This document shows positions 1 through 11,392 of a stretch of DNA of 64,000 nucleotides, piece after piece. Made by a program: the position numbers and the translations under genes. The notes below the pieces were generated by a model. The model made no database searches and had not been told where the DNA came from. It worked only from the letters and a program-made list of their open reading frames with translations. The stretch spans positions 280,131-344,130 of the forward strand of contig NIVC01001177.1 of the NCBI GenBank assembly GCA_002269645.1, given 5' to 3'. The DNA comes from Macrostomum lignano (Eukaryota). The first letter of the stretch is position 1. Each line of letters opens with the position of its first letter.

Positions 1-258
1 GTAGCTGGCTCCCCCTCTGTAGCTGGCGCCCCTCTGTAGCTGGCGCCCCCTCTGTAGCTGGCGCCCCCTCTGTAGCTGGCGCCTCCTCTGTAGCTGGCGC
101 CCCCTCTGTAGCTGGCGCCCCCTCTGTAGCTGGCGCCCCCTCTGTAGCTGGCGCCCCCTCTGTAGCTGGCGCCCCCTCTGTAGCTGGCACCCCCTCTGTA
201 GCTGGCACCCCCTCTGTAGCTGGCACCCCCTCTGTAGCTGGCCACTCTCTGTAGTAGG
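1..258. repeat. 18-bp minisatellite (CCCCCTCTGTAGCTGGCG), truncated by window start
   Basis: About 14 tandem copies visible; same family and orientation as 10097-11392. Confidence 0.97.
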
Positions 259-276
259 CGCCTTCTTTATACCTAA

Positions 277-3200
277 GACACTGTATATGTGGCAGTGCTG
301 AGACACAGTGTCTATGTGGCAGTGCTGAGACACAGTGTCTATGTGGCAGTGCTGAGACACAGTGTCTATGTGGCAGTGCTGAGACACAGTGTCTATGTGG
401 CAGTGTTGAGACACAGTGTCTATGTGGCAGTGCTGAGACACAGTGTCTATGTGGCAGTGTTGAGACACAGTGTCTGTGTGGCAGTGCTGAGACACAGTGT
501 CTATGTGGCAGTGCTGAGACACAGTGTCTATGTGGCAGTGTTGAGACACAGTGTCTATGTGGCAGTGTTGAGACACAGTGTCTGTGTGGCAGTGCTTAGA
601 CACAGTGTCTATGTGGCAGTGCTGAGACACAGTGTCTGTGTGACAGTGCTGAGACACAGTGTCTATGTGGCAGTGCTGAGACACAGTGTCTGTGTGGCAG
701 TGCTGAGACACAGTGTCGGTGTGGCAGTGCTGAGACACAGTGTCTATGTGGCAGTGCTGAGACACAGTGTCTGTGTGGCAGTGCTGAGACACAGTGTCTG
801 TGTGGCAGTGCTGAGACACAGTGTCTGTGTGGCAGTGCTGAGACACAGTGTCTGTGTGGCAGTGCTGAGACACAGTGTCTATGTGGCAGTGTTGAGACAC
901 AGTGCCTGTGTGGCAGTGCTGAGACACAGTGTCTGTGTGACAGTGCTGAGACACAGTGTCTATGTGGCAGTGCTGAGACACAGTGTCTATGTGGCAGTGC
1001 TGAGACACAGTGTCTATGTGGCAGTGCTGAGACACAGTGTCTATGTGGCAGTGCTGAGACACAGTGTCTATGTGGCAGTGCTGAGACACAGTGTCTATGT
1101 GGCAGTGTTGAGACACAGTGTCTATGTGGCAGTGCTGAGACACAGTGTCTGTGTGGCAGTGCTGAGACACAGTGTCTGTGTGGCAGTGCTGAGACACAGT
1201 GTCTGTGTGGCAGTGTTGAGACACAGTGTCTGTGTGGCAGTGCTGAGACACAGTGTCTGTGTGGCAGTGCTGAGACACAGTGTCTATGTGGCATTGTTGA
1301 GACACAGTGTCTATGTGGCAGTGCTGAGACACAGTGTCTGTGTGGCAGTGCTGAGACACAGTGTCTATGTGGCAGTGCTGAGACACAGTGTCTATGTGGC
1401 AGTGTTGAGACACAGTGTCTATGTGGCAGTGCTGAGACACAGTGTCTATGTGGCAGTGCTGAGACACAGTGTCTGTGTGGCAGTGCTGAGACACAGTGTC
1501 TATGTGGCAGTGCTGAGACACAGTGTCTATGTGGCAGTGCTGAGACACAGTGTCTGTGTGGCAGTGCTGAGACACAGTGTCTGTGTGGCAGTGCTGAGAC
1601 ACAGTGTCTGTGTGGCAGTGCTGAGACACAGTGTCTGTGTGGCAGTGCTGAGACACAGTGTCTATGTGGCAGTGTTGAGACACAGTGCCTGTGTGGCAGT
1701 GCTGAGACACAGTGTCTGTGTGACAGTGCTGAGACACAGTGTCTATGTGGCAGTGCTGAGACACAGTGTCTATGTGGCAGTGCTGAGACACAGTGTCTAT
1801 GTGGCAGTGCTGAGACACAGTGTCTATGTGGCAGTGCTGAGACACAGTGTCTATGTGGCAGTGCTGAGACACAGTGTCTATGTGGCAGTGTTGAGACACA
1901 GTGTCTATGTGGCAGTGCTGAGACACAGTGTCTGTGTGGCAGTGCTGAGACACAGTGTCTGTGTGGCAGTGCTGAGACACAGTGTCTGTGTGGCAGTGTT
2001 GAGACACAGTGTCTGTGTGGCAGTGCTGAGACACAGTGTCTGTGTGGCAGTGCTGAGACACAGTGTCTATGTGGCATTGTTGAGACACAGTGTCTATGTG
2101 GCAGTGCTGAGACACAGTGTCTATGTGACAGTGTTGAGATACAGTGTCTGTGTGGCAGTGCTGAGACACAGTGTCTGTGTGGCAGTGCTGAGACACAGTG
2201 TCTATGTGGCAGTGCTGAGACACAGTGTCTGTGTGGCAGTGCTGAGACACAGTGTCTGTGTGGCAGTGCTGAGACACAGTGTCTATGTGGCAGTGCTGAG
2301 ACACAGTGTCTGTGTGGCAGTGCTGAGACACAGTGTCTGTGTGGCAGTGCTGAGACACAGTGTCTATGTGGCAGTGCTGAGACACAGTGTCTGTGTGGCA
2401 GTGCTGAGACACAGTGTCTGTGTGGCAGTGCTGAGACACAGTGTCTATGTGGCAGTGCTGAGACACAGTGTCTGTGTGGCAGTGCTGAGACACAGTGTCT
2501 GTGTGGCAGTGCTGAGACACAGTGTCTATGTGGCAGTGCTGAGACACAGTGTCTGTGTGGCAGTGCTGAGACACAGTGTCTGTGTGGCAGTGCTGAGACA
2601 CAGTGTCTATGTGGCAGTGCTGAGACACAGTGTCTGTGTGGCAGTGCTGAGACACAGTGTCTGTGTGGCAGTGCTGAGACACAGTGTCTATGTGGCAGTG
2701 CTGAGACACAGTGTCTGTGTGGCAGTGCTGAGACACAGTGTCTATGTGACAGTGTTGAGACACAGTGTCTGTGTGGCAGTGCTGAGACACAGTGTCTGTG
2801 TGGCAGTGCTGAGACACAGTGTCTATGTGGCAGTGCTGAGACACAGTGTCTATGTGGCAGTGTTGAGACACAGTGTCTGTGTGGCAGTGCTGAGACACAG
2901 TGTCTGTGTGGCAGTGCTGAGACACAGTGTCTATGTGACAGTGCTGAGACACAGTGTCTGTGTGGCAGTGCTGAGACACAGTGTCTGTGTGGCAGTGCTG
3001 AGACACAGTGTCTGTGTGGCAGTGCTGAGACACAGTGTCTATGTGGCAGTGCTGAGACACAGTGTCTGTGCTGCAGTGCTGAGACACAGTGTCTGTGTGG
3101 CAGTGCTGAGACACAGTGTCTATGTGGCAGTGCTGAGACACAGTGTCTGTGTGGCAGTGCTGAGACACAGTGTCTGTGTGGCAGTGCTGAGACACAGTGT

Positions 3201-4890
3201 CTATGTGGCAGTGCTGAGACACAGTGTCTGTGTGGCAGTGCTGAGACACAGTGTCTATGTGGCAGTGCTGAGACACAGTGTCTATGTGGCAGTGCTGAGA
3301 CACAGTGTCTGTGTGGCAGTGCTGAGACACAGTGTCTATGTGGCAGTGCTGAGACACAGTGTCTATGTGGCAGTGCTGAGACACAGTGTCTATGTGGCAG
3401 TGCTGAGACACAGTGTCTATGTGGCAGTGCTGAGACACAGTGTCTATGTGGCAGTGCTGAGACACAGTGTCTATGTGGCAGTGCTGAGACACAGTGTCTA
3501 TGTGGCAGTGCTGAGACACAGTGTCTATGTGGCAGTGCTGAGACACAGTGTCTATGTGGCAGTGCTGAGACACAGTGTCTGTGTGGCAGTGCTGAGACAC
3601 AGTGTCTGTGTGGCAGTGCTGAGACACAGTGTCTGTGTGGCAGTGCTGAGACACAGTGTCTATGTGACAGTGCTGAGACACAGTGTCTGTGTGGCAGTGC
3701 TGAGACACAGTGTCTGTGTGGCAGTGCTGAGACACAGTGTCTGTGTGGCAGTGCTGAGACACAGTGTCTATGTGGCAGTGCTGAGACACAGTGTCTGTGT
3801 GGCAGTGCTGAGACACAGTGTCTGTGTGGCAGTGCTGAGACACAGTGTCTATGTGGCAGTGCTGAGACACAGTGTCTGTGTGGCAGTGCTGAGACACAGT
3901 GTCTGTGTGGCAGTGCTGAGACACAGTGTCTATGTGGCAGTGCTGAGACACAGTGTCTGTGTGGCAGTGCTGAGACACAGTGTCTATGTGGCAGTGCTGA
4001 GACACAGTGTCTATGTGGCAGTGCTGAGACACAGTGTCTGTGTGGCAGTGCTGAGACACAGTGTCTATGTGGCAGTGCTGAGACACAGTGTCTATGTGGC
4101 AGTGCTGAGACACAGTGTCTATGTGGCAGTGCTGAGACACAGTGTCTATGTGGCAGTGCTGAGACACAGTGTCTATGTGGCAGTGCTGAGACACAGTGTC
4201 TATGTGGCAGTGCTGAGACACAGTGTCTATGTGGCAGTGCTGAGACACAGTGTCTATGTGGCAGTGCTGAGACACAGTGTCTATGTGGCAGTGCTGAGAC
4301 ACAGTGTCTATGTGGCAGTGCTGAGACACAGTGTCTATGTGGCAGTGCTGAGACAGTGTCTATGTGGCAGTGCTGACACAGTGTCTGTGTGGCAGTGCTG
4401 AGACACAGTGTCTATGTGGCAGTGCTGAGACACAGTGTCTATGTGGCAGTGCTGAGACACGGTGTCTATGTGGCAGTGTTGAGACACAGTGTCTGTGTGA
4501 CAGTGTTGAGACACGGTGTCTGTGTGGCAGTGCTGAGACACAGTGTCTTTGTGGCAGTGTTGAGACACGGTGTCTATGTGGCAGTGTTGAGACACAGTGT
4601 CTGTGTAACAGTGCTGAGACACAGTGTCTGTGTGACAGTGTTGAGACACGGTGTCTGTGTGGCAGTGCTGAGACACAGTGTCTGTGTGGCGGTGCTGAGA
4701 CACAGTGTCTATATGGCAGTGTTGAGACACAGTGTCTGTGTGGCAGTGCTGAGACACAGTGTCTATGTGACAGTGCTGTGAAACAGTGTCTATGTGGCAG
4801 TGTTGAGACACAGTGTCTATGTGGCAGTGCTGCGACACGGTATCTATGTGGCAGTGCTGAGACACAGTGTCTGTGTGGCAGTGTTGAGAC
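277..4890. repeat. 27-bp satellite array (GTGGCAGTGCTGAGACACAGTGTCTRT), about 170 copies
   Basis: Near-perfect tandem unit; the 1370-aa VAVLRHSVY ORF is simply the 27-bp unit read through. Confidence 0.98.
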
Positions 4891-5291
4891 AGGGAGCAGA
4901 GTAGTGCTAGAAATATACTATGACCATGCATACAATTTACCTTCACTGACGCTTAAGAAGCGTACTGCGCATCTGAGCTAACTACATTCAAATACAAGCC
5001 CCGTATAGTCTCAGTTCTGTTGTGCGCGATCATCTACCTGAGGCTGCTAGCAACAGCATAGCAACGCATTGTTCTGCCACGTCGGTGCTAGTAAAAAAGC
5101 TAATTAATATTTAATGAACGCACAAGGGACTCTCAGGTTAGCAATCAGTGAATGTTCAGTAGCGCTAGGGATTAGACAGATACGAGAGTAAAGGAAGGCT
5201 ATAAATGCACCGCATGCGCTGTCTTCACACTGCTGAAGCAAACTTGAGATTCAATCCAAAGCTGCAGAAAGTAGAAAGAAAGAAGTGCAAC

Positions 5292-6458
5292 ATGTCAAGT
5301 TTGCTGCGCCATCGACAGCAGAAGCATTCTGAAGATGACAGACAGCAGTATAAGTATCAGCCTCTGCCACCCTACGCTGATAAAGTCTATTTGGCCCGAC
5401 AGAAGAAACCGGATCCTTGGTGGATTGTAGCTTTAGAAGTTGCCATCCTGTTAGCAACTATCTGCTTCGGCTATTATGCCTATAATCACTTTGATCATTT
5501 GCACTTTCACGTGACCAAGGCCTATGCTCACCTGGGCTACGAGGACGCTCAGCATCAGGTTTGTGAAAATGAATTTTGGCATGACAAGGAGAATCTGGGA
5601 TCCATTCTCGGTGGCGTAAAACGCAGGAACTCTATGTAGCAATCCTTTACTCGTACTAAAAGGCTCCATTATTTGGCGTCTTGGTTGGCACCCCTTGTCT
5701 CTTGGTGGGCGCCCCTGTCTCTTGGTTGGCGCTCCTGTCTCTTGGTGGGCGCCCCTGTCTTCTAGGTGGGCGCCCCTGTCTTCTAGGTGGGCGCCCCTGT
5801 CTCTTAGTGGGCGCCACTGTCTCTTGGTGGGCGCCCCTGTCTCTTAGTAGGTGCCCCCTGTCTCTTGGTTGGCGAAACAGCATGGGAGTGGTGAAACACG
5901 ATTTACCATAGACAGTCACGGTGGGCTTCGTGAAACACGATCTACCATAGACAGTTACGGTGGGCTTAGTGAAACACGATTTACCATAGACAGTTACGGT
6001 GGGCTTAGTGAAACACGATTTACCATAGACAGTTACGGTGGGCTTAGTGAAACTCGATTTACCATAGAGAGTCACGATGGACGTGGTGAAAAACGAGTTT
6101 CTTCTCAAATGAGATCAATTTTAAAGTACACAGCATCCTCAGTGAACGCAGTCAGCGACGATAAATGAATCGTCCTCTCAATAACACCACAATACTGAAG
6201 GTAGGCCAACGCTATCTGCACGGCAAAGGCGTGGAGCAGCACCACGGCGAGGCGATGCGCTGGTTCAAGCACGCGGCGGAGCGCGGTCACCCGCACGCGT
6301 CCTACAATTTAGCTGTCGGGCATCTGAAAAGCTTGCCAAGCGATTTAAAGCCGGGCGAAGCTCGCAAATATCTGCACAGAGCAGCGGCTAAAGGCATTAT
6401 TCAAGCTCACGATATGCTCAATGATGCCTGCGCTGAGCACGGAGCGTGTGACGATTGA
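5292..6458 (+). CDS. Small single-pass membrane protein with C-terminal SEL1-like repeats (about 174 aa, 2 exons)
   Basis: Exons 5292-5558 and 6201-6458 joined by a GT..AG phase-0 intron give ...YEDAQHQ|VGQRYLHGKGVEQHHGEAMRWFKHAAERGHPHASYNLA, the SEL1 pattern (A..LG..Y..G.GV..D...A..WF..AA..G). Hydrophobic helix WWIVALEVAILLATICFGYY. Confidence 0.85.
5690..6095. repeat. Two intronic minisatellites in the SEL1 gene (about 21-bp GGTGGGCGCCCCTGTCTCTT; 39-bp GTGAAACACGATTTACCATAGACAGTTACGGTGGGCTTA)
   Basis: Tandem copies at about 5690-5870 and 5890-6095. Confidence 0.9.
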
Positions 6459-6580
6459 ACTGAAGCACACTGGTATTGATTTTTAGCAGGCTGGATGACA
6501 CTAAACGCTTCACTAGTTATTCCAGCCATTTTGTGCACTTTTTGCAATAAAACTGAACTATATATAGCCCTAAACACTTC

Positions 6581-7200
6581 GTCTCAGCACTGCCACACAG
6601 ACACTGTGTCTCAGCACCGCCACACAGACACTGTGTCTCAGCACTGCCACATAGACACTGTGTCTCAGCACTGCCACACAGACACTGTGTCTCAGCACTG
6701 CCACACAGACACTGTCTCAGCACTGCCACACAGACACTGTGTCTCAGCACTGCCACATAGACACTGTGTCTCAGCACTGCCACATAGACACTGTGTCTCA
6801 GCACTGCCACATAGACACTGTGTCTCAGCACAATCACACAGACACTGTGTCTCAGCACTGCCACATAGACACTGTGTCTCAGCACTGCCACATAGACACT
6901 GTGTCTCAGCACTGTCACATAGACACTGTGTCTCAGCACTGCCACATAGACACTGTGTCTCAGCACTGCCACATAGACACTGTGTCTCAGCACTGCCACA
7001 TAGACACTGTGTCTCAGCTGCGCACTGCCACATAGACACTGTGTCTCAGCACTGCCACATAGACACTGTGTCTCAGCACTGCCACATAGATACTGTGTCT
7101 CGGCACTGCCACATAGATACCGTGTCTCAGCACTGCCACATAGACACTGTGTCTCAGCACTGCCACACAGTATGTGTCTCAGTACGTACTGTGTCTCAAC
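6581..7200. repeat. 27-bp satellite, inverted relative to 277-4890
   Basis: Unit CTCAGCACTGCCACATAGACACTGTGT is the reverse complement of the left array unit; about 22 copies. Confidence 0.97.
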
Positions 7201-7774
7201 AATAACACATCCAGTCTATGTTTACAGCTCAGCAAGATCACTACTTTTTCGATGTCACATGATAACGTTGTTGTAGGCATCTATTTTAGGAAATCTGTCA
7301 CGCACAGTTTTATCAATTCTGTCTGGTAACATAAAATAGTAATAAATAGTTGCAAAAAAGCTCGTATTGGTACAAATTGCATGAGTCTATCTGTATATTA
7401 TTTCTATTTTCTGTCACTACTTGGCTCTAATTTGAAACAAGACGATTCATAGAGTCACGTTTAGTTATTATTTGCACAGAAAATCAAAAGGCTGTCCAAA
7501 TCTTAAGCAAAATTAGAATTTCCATCACGAAATCCGCGCAGTCCTCTGAACAATATTTCTGTGCAAGTTGTTCAGCTCACGGTTTTCATCAGTTGACTAA
7601 ACATTGATCATTCTAGCCTCGAAACCATTCAACAAAGTACTCAATACCGACCCTGGAAGTAAACACCTCTGTCGATCATTGAATATTTAATTGGCAAGCA
7701 ATTCAATTAGAAAATAAGATCAACAAGTGGATCTGTATACATGTCAAACATAAATGAAGCATCATGTCAAGCAT

Positions 7775-8815
7775 AAAAGAATCGTCATGTCAAGCATAAA
7801 AGAATCGTCATGTCAAGCATAAAAGAATCGCCATGTCAACCATAAAAGAATCGCCATGTTAAGCATAAAAGAATCGCCATGTCAAACATAAAAGAATCGC
7901 CATGTCAAACATAAAAGAATCGCCATGTCAAACATAAAAGAATCGCCATGTCAAGCATAAAAGAATCGCCATGTCAAGCATAAAAGAATCGCCATGTCAA
8001 CCATAAAAGAATCACCATGTCAAACATAAAAGAATCGCCATGTCAAACATAAAAGAATCGCCATGTCAAACATAAAAGAATCGCCATGTCAAACATAAAA
8101 GAATCGCCATGTTAAGCATAAAAGAATCGCCATGTTAAGCATAAAAGAATCGCCATGTCAAACATAAAAGAATCGCCATGTCAAACATAAAATAAGTGCC
8201 ATGTTAAGCATAAAAGAATCGCCATGTCAAACATAAAAGAATCGCCATGTCAAACATAAAATAATCGTCATGTCAAACATAAAAGAATCGCCATGTCAAA
8301 CATAAAATAAGTGCCATGTTAAGCATAAAAGAATCGCCATGTCAAACATAAAAGAATCGCCATGTCAAACATAAAATAAGTGCCATGTTAAGCATAAAAG
8401 AATCGCCATGTCAAGCATAAAAGAATCGCCATGTCAAGCATAAAAGAATCGCCATGTCAAGCATAAAAGAATCGCCATGTTAAGCATAAAAGAATCGCCA
8501 TGTCAAACATAAAAGAATCGCCATGTCAAACATAAAAGAATCGCCATGTCAAACATAAAAGAATCGCCATGTCAAGCATAAAAGAATCGCCATGTCAAGC
8601 ATAAAAGAATCGCCATGTCAAGCATAAAAGAATCGCCATGTTAAGCATAAAAGAATCGCCATGTCAAGCATAAAAGAATCGCCATGTCAAACATAAAATA
8701 AGTGCCATGTTAAGCATAAAAGAATCGCCATGTCAAACATAAAAGAGTCGCCATGTCAAACATAAAAGAATCGCCATGTCAAGCATAAAAGAATCGCCAT
8801 GTTAAGCATAAAAGA
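7775..8815. repeat. 23-bp minisatellite (GCCATGTCAAACATAAAAGAATC), about 45 copies
   Basis: Tandem copies visible. Confidence 0.96.
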
Positions 8816-9587
8816 AAGTTGCTCAAAGTTGCTCAAACATCATGTTACTTAAGACTGTACAATTGAGGTCAGAAACTACGTATAGTTTTTTCCATTTTTT
8901 TCCTTCTTGCCTCCCCAACGGCGGGATTCAGATAGTCTATGGCAAAACTTCATTCAGGGCTTTGCAAAAAAAGCTAATATTATAATTGAAACATGCCTTC
9001 GGCCCTCGTGATTTATAAAAATAGCTATAGCTCTCTCAAAAAGCATGGTTAAATCTACAAAACACAGCTGCATGTTGAGGTTGAGCTAGCTTTGCTCGTG
9101 AGCGCACCTCGATTGAAACTCGTGCCAAAGAAGTGCCAAAGCCCCCCCCCCGCTAGTACATTTTTTTACTCTACTTGAGTTGTCCACTAGCAACAATAGT
9201 CTCTTTGCTGTTTGCCTGCGAGTTTCTCTTGGCTATCGACTATAAACACGAAGACGATGCGTGACGATTCAAACGGGAATGGTCTGCCTTTGATCTTCTT
9301 TGGCTTAGTGATTAGCATTTCTTTATTAGTACTTCTGTATATGGTAGACTGAAGATTATTTTTGCTAAGTCTAACTATAACTCTTCGACTCTAATCAGCT
9401 TAAACGATGGAGATGCTCAATCTTCAAAGAAATGGCCTTTTGACACCTACGGACAGGTGATTTCAGCTCATTTGTAAATTCAGAGGCGTGAATAATTAGC
9501 CAAATTGATAGATTTTCTTGTTGCTGGGCACTGTGCTGAGCAGAGGGCAGATGGCTTTTATTTTTAGCGGCACCAATTTTAACTTTG

Positions 9588-9893
9588 GCCAGTGAGGTTT
9601 GCCAGAGTGATGAATCGCGTGTGCTCTTTGGCGAGGAGGCACCCGACGAATGAACCACGGCACACCATCGTCGCTAATTCCGTCTGATCCTGCTGACTCA
9701 TCGAGCAGGCCTGAATACGTGTGCCAATCCTGATTGATGTCTTCATAGATATCAAGAAGACATTTGACTCGGTCGTCAGGTCCGTGCTCCGAACAACTCC
9801 AGCTGGCAGGCCGCATCATCCGCGTTGAGTCCTACTGCTCACAGACACGGATTCGGTCGGTGGCGGCGGTCTTTCGTGGCTTTCGGTGAAAAG
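9588..9893 (+). mobile_element. Degenerate, internally deleted RTE LINE relic
   Basis: Four collinear segments align by eye to the RTE at 29198-30735 ([25 protein letters not shown]; [23 protein letters not shown]; [17 protein letters not shown]; AGGAAFV), with stops and frameshifts. Confidence 0.8.
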
Positions 9894-10096
9894 TACATTA
9901 ATGAGATTGGACTATTGTCCTTTTTATCACTAAATCAACAGTGTTTTACCTTTAGGGACTTTCAAATTGCAAATGAGACAAGTATGACTGAGCTTCCTTG
10001 GTCAATTTACTGATTGATTTACAAGCCTGCTTAGTTTTTGAGAGGTCTTTCGTTGCAGCCAGCCACTAGCATCTGTCGCAGGGACACTGCAGTTTG

Positions 10097-11392
10097 CGCC
10101 TCTGTAGCTGGCCTTTTCTGTAGCTGGCGCCCCCTCTGTAGCTGGCGCCCCCTCTGTAGCTGGCGCCCCCTCTGTAGCTGGCGCCTTCTCTGTAGCTGGC
10201 GCCTTCTCTGTAGCTGGCGCCCCCTCTGTAGCTGGCGCCCCCTCTGTAGCTGGCGCCTTCTCTGTAGCTGGCGCCCCCTCTGTAGCTGGCGCCTTCTCTG
10301 TAGCTGGCGCCTTCTCTGTAGCTGGCGCCCCCTCTGTAGCTGGCGCCTTCTCTGTAGCTGGCGCCTTCTCTGTAGCTGGCGCCCCCTCTGTAGCTGGCGC
10401 CTTCTCTGTAGCTGGCGCCTTCTCTGTAGCTGGCGCCCCCTCTGTAGCTGGCGCCTTCTCTGTAGCTGGCGCCTTCTCTGTAGCTGGCGCCCCCTCTGTA
10501 GCTGGCGCCCCCCTCTGTAGCTGGCGCCCCCCTCTGTAGCTGGCGCCCCCTCTGTAGCTGGCGCCTTCTCTGTAGCTGGCGCCTTCTCTGTAGCTGGCGC
10601 CCCCTCTGTAGCTGGCGCCCCCTCTGTAGCTGGCGCCCCCTCTGTAGCTGGCGCCTTCTCTGTAGCTGGCGCCTTCTCTGTAGCTGGCGCCTTCTCTGTA
10701 GCTGGCGACCCCACTGTAGCTGGCGACCCCTATGTAGCTGGCGCCCCTCTGTAGCTGGCGCCTTCTCTGTAGCTGGCGCCCCTCTGTAGCTGGCGACCCC
10801 TCTGTAGCTGGCGACCCCTCTGTAGCTGGCGACCCCTCTGTAGCTGGCGACCCCTCTGTAGCTGGCGACCCCTCTGTAGCTGGCGCCCCCTCTGTAGCTG
10901 GCGCCTTCTCTGTAGCTGGCGCCTTCTCTGTAGCTGGCGCCCCCTCTGTAGCTGGCGCCTTCTCTGTAGCTGGCGCCTTCTCTGTAGCTGGCGCCCCCTC
11001 TGTAGCTGGCGCCCCCTCTGTAGCTGGCGCCTTCTCTGTAGCTGGCGACCCCTCTGTAGCTGGCGCCCCCTCTGTAGCTGGCGCCCCCTCTGTAGCTGGC
11101 GCCTTCTCTGTAGCTGGCGACCCCTCTGTAGCTGGCGACCCCTCTGTAGCTGGCGACCCCTCTGTAGCTGGCGACCCCACTGTAGCTGGCGACCCCACTG
11201 TAGCTGGCGACCCCTATGTAGCTGGCGCCCCTCTGTAGCTGGCGCCTTCTCTGTACCTGGCGCCTTCTCTGTAGCTGGCGACCCCACTGTAGCTGGCGAC
11301 CCCTATGTAGCTGGCGCCCCCTCTGTAGCTGGCGCCCCCTCTGTAGCTGGCGACCCCTATGTAGCTGGCGCCCCCTCTGTAGCTGGCGCCTA
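10097..11392. repeat. 18-bp minisatellite (CCCCCTCTGTAGCTGGCG and variants), about 70 copies
   Basis: Tandem copies; source of the APATEG and RQLQRG ORFs. Confidence 0.97.

Noticed and set aside
289-4401. 1370-aa ORF of VAVLRHSVY repeats, and similar ORFs at 10.0-11.5, 18.2-19.7, 35.3-35.9 and 49.2-50.0 kb
   Set aside because: They are translations of tandem units that lack stops in some frames. Several frames and both strands are open, and most lie inside introns of well-supported genes.
277-8815. CRISPR-like appearance of regular 23-27 bp repeats
   Set aside because: Units are head-to-tail with no unique spacers, there are no cas genes, and the context is eukaryotic.
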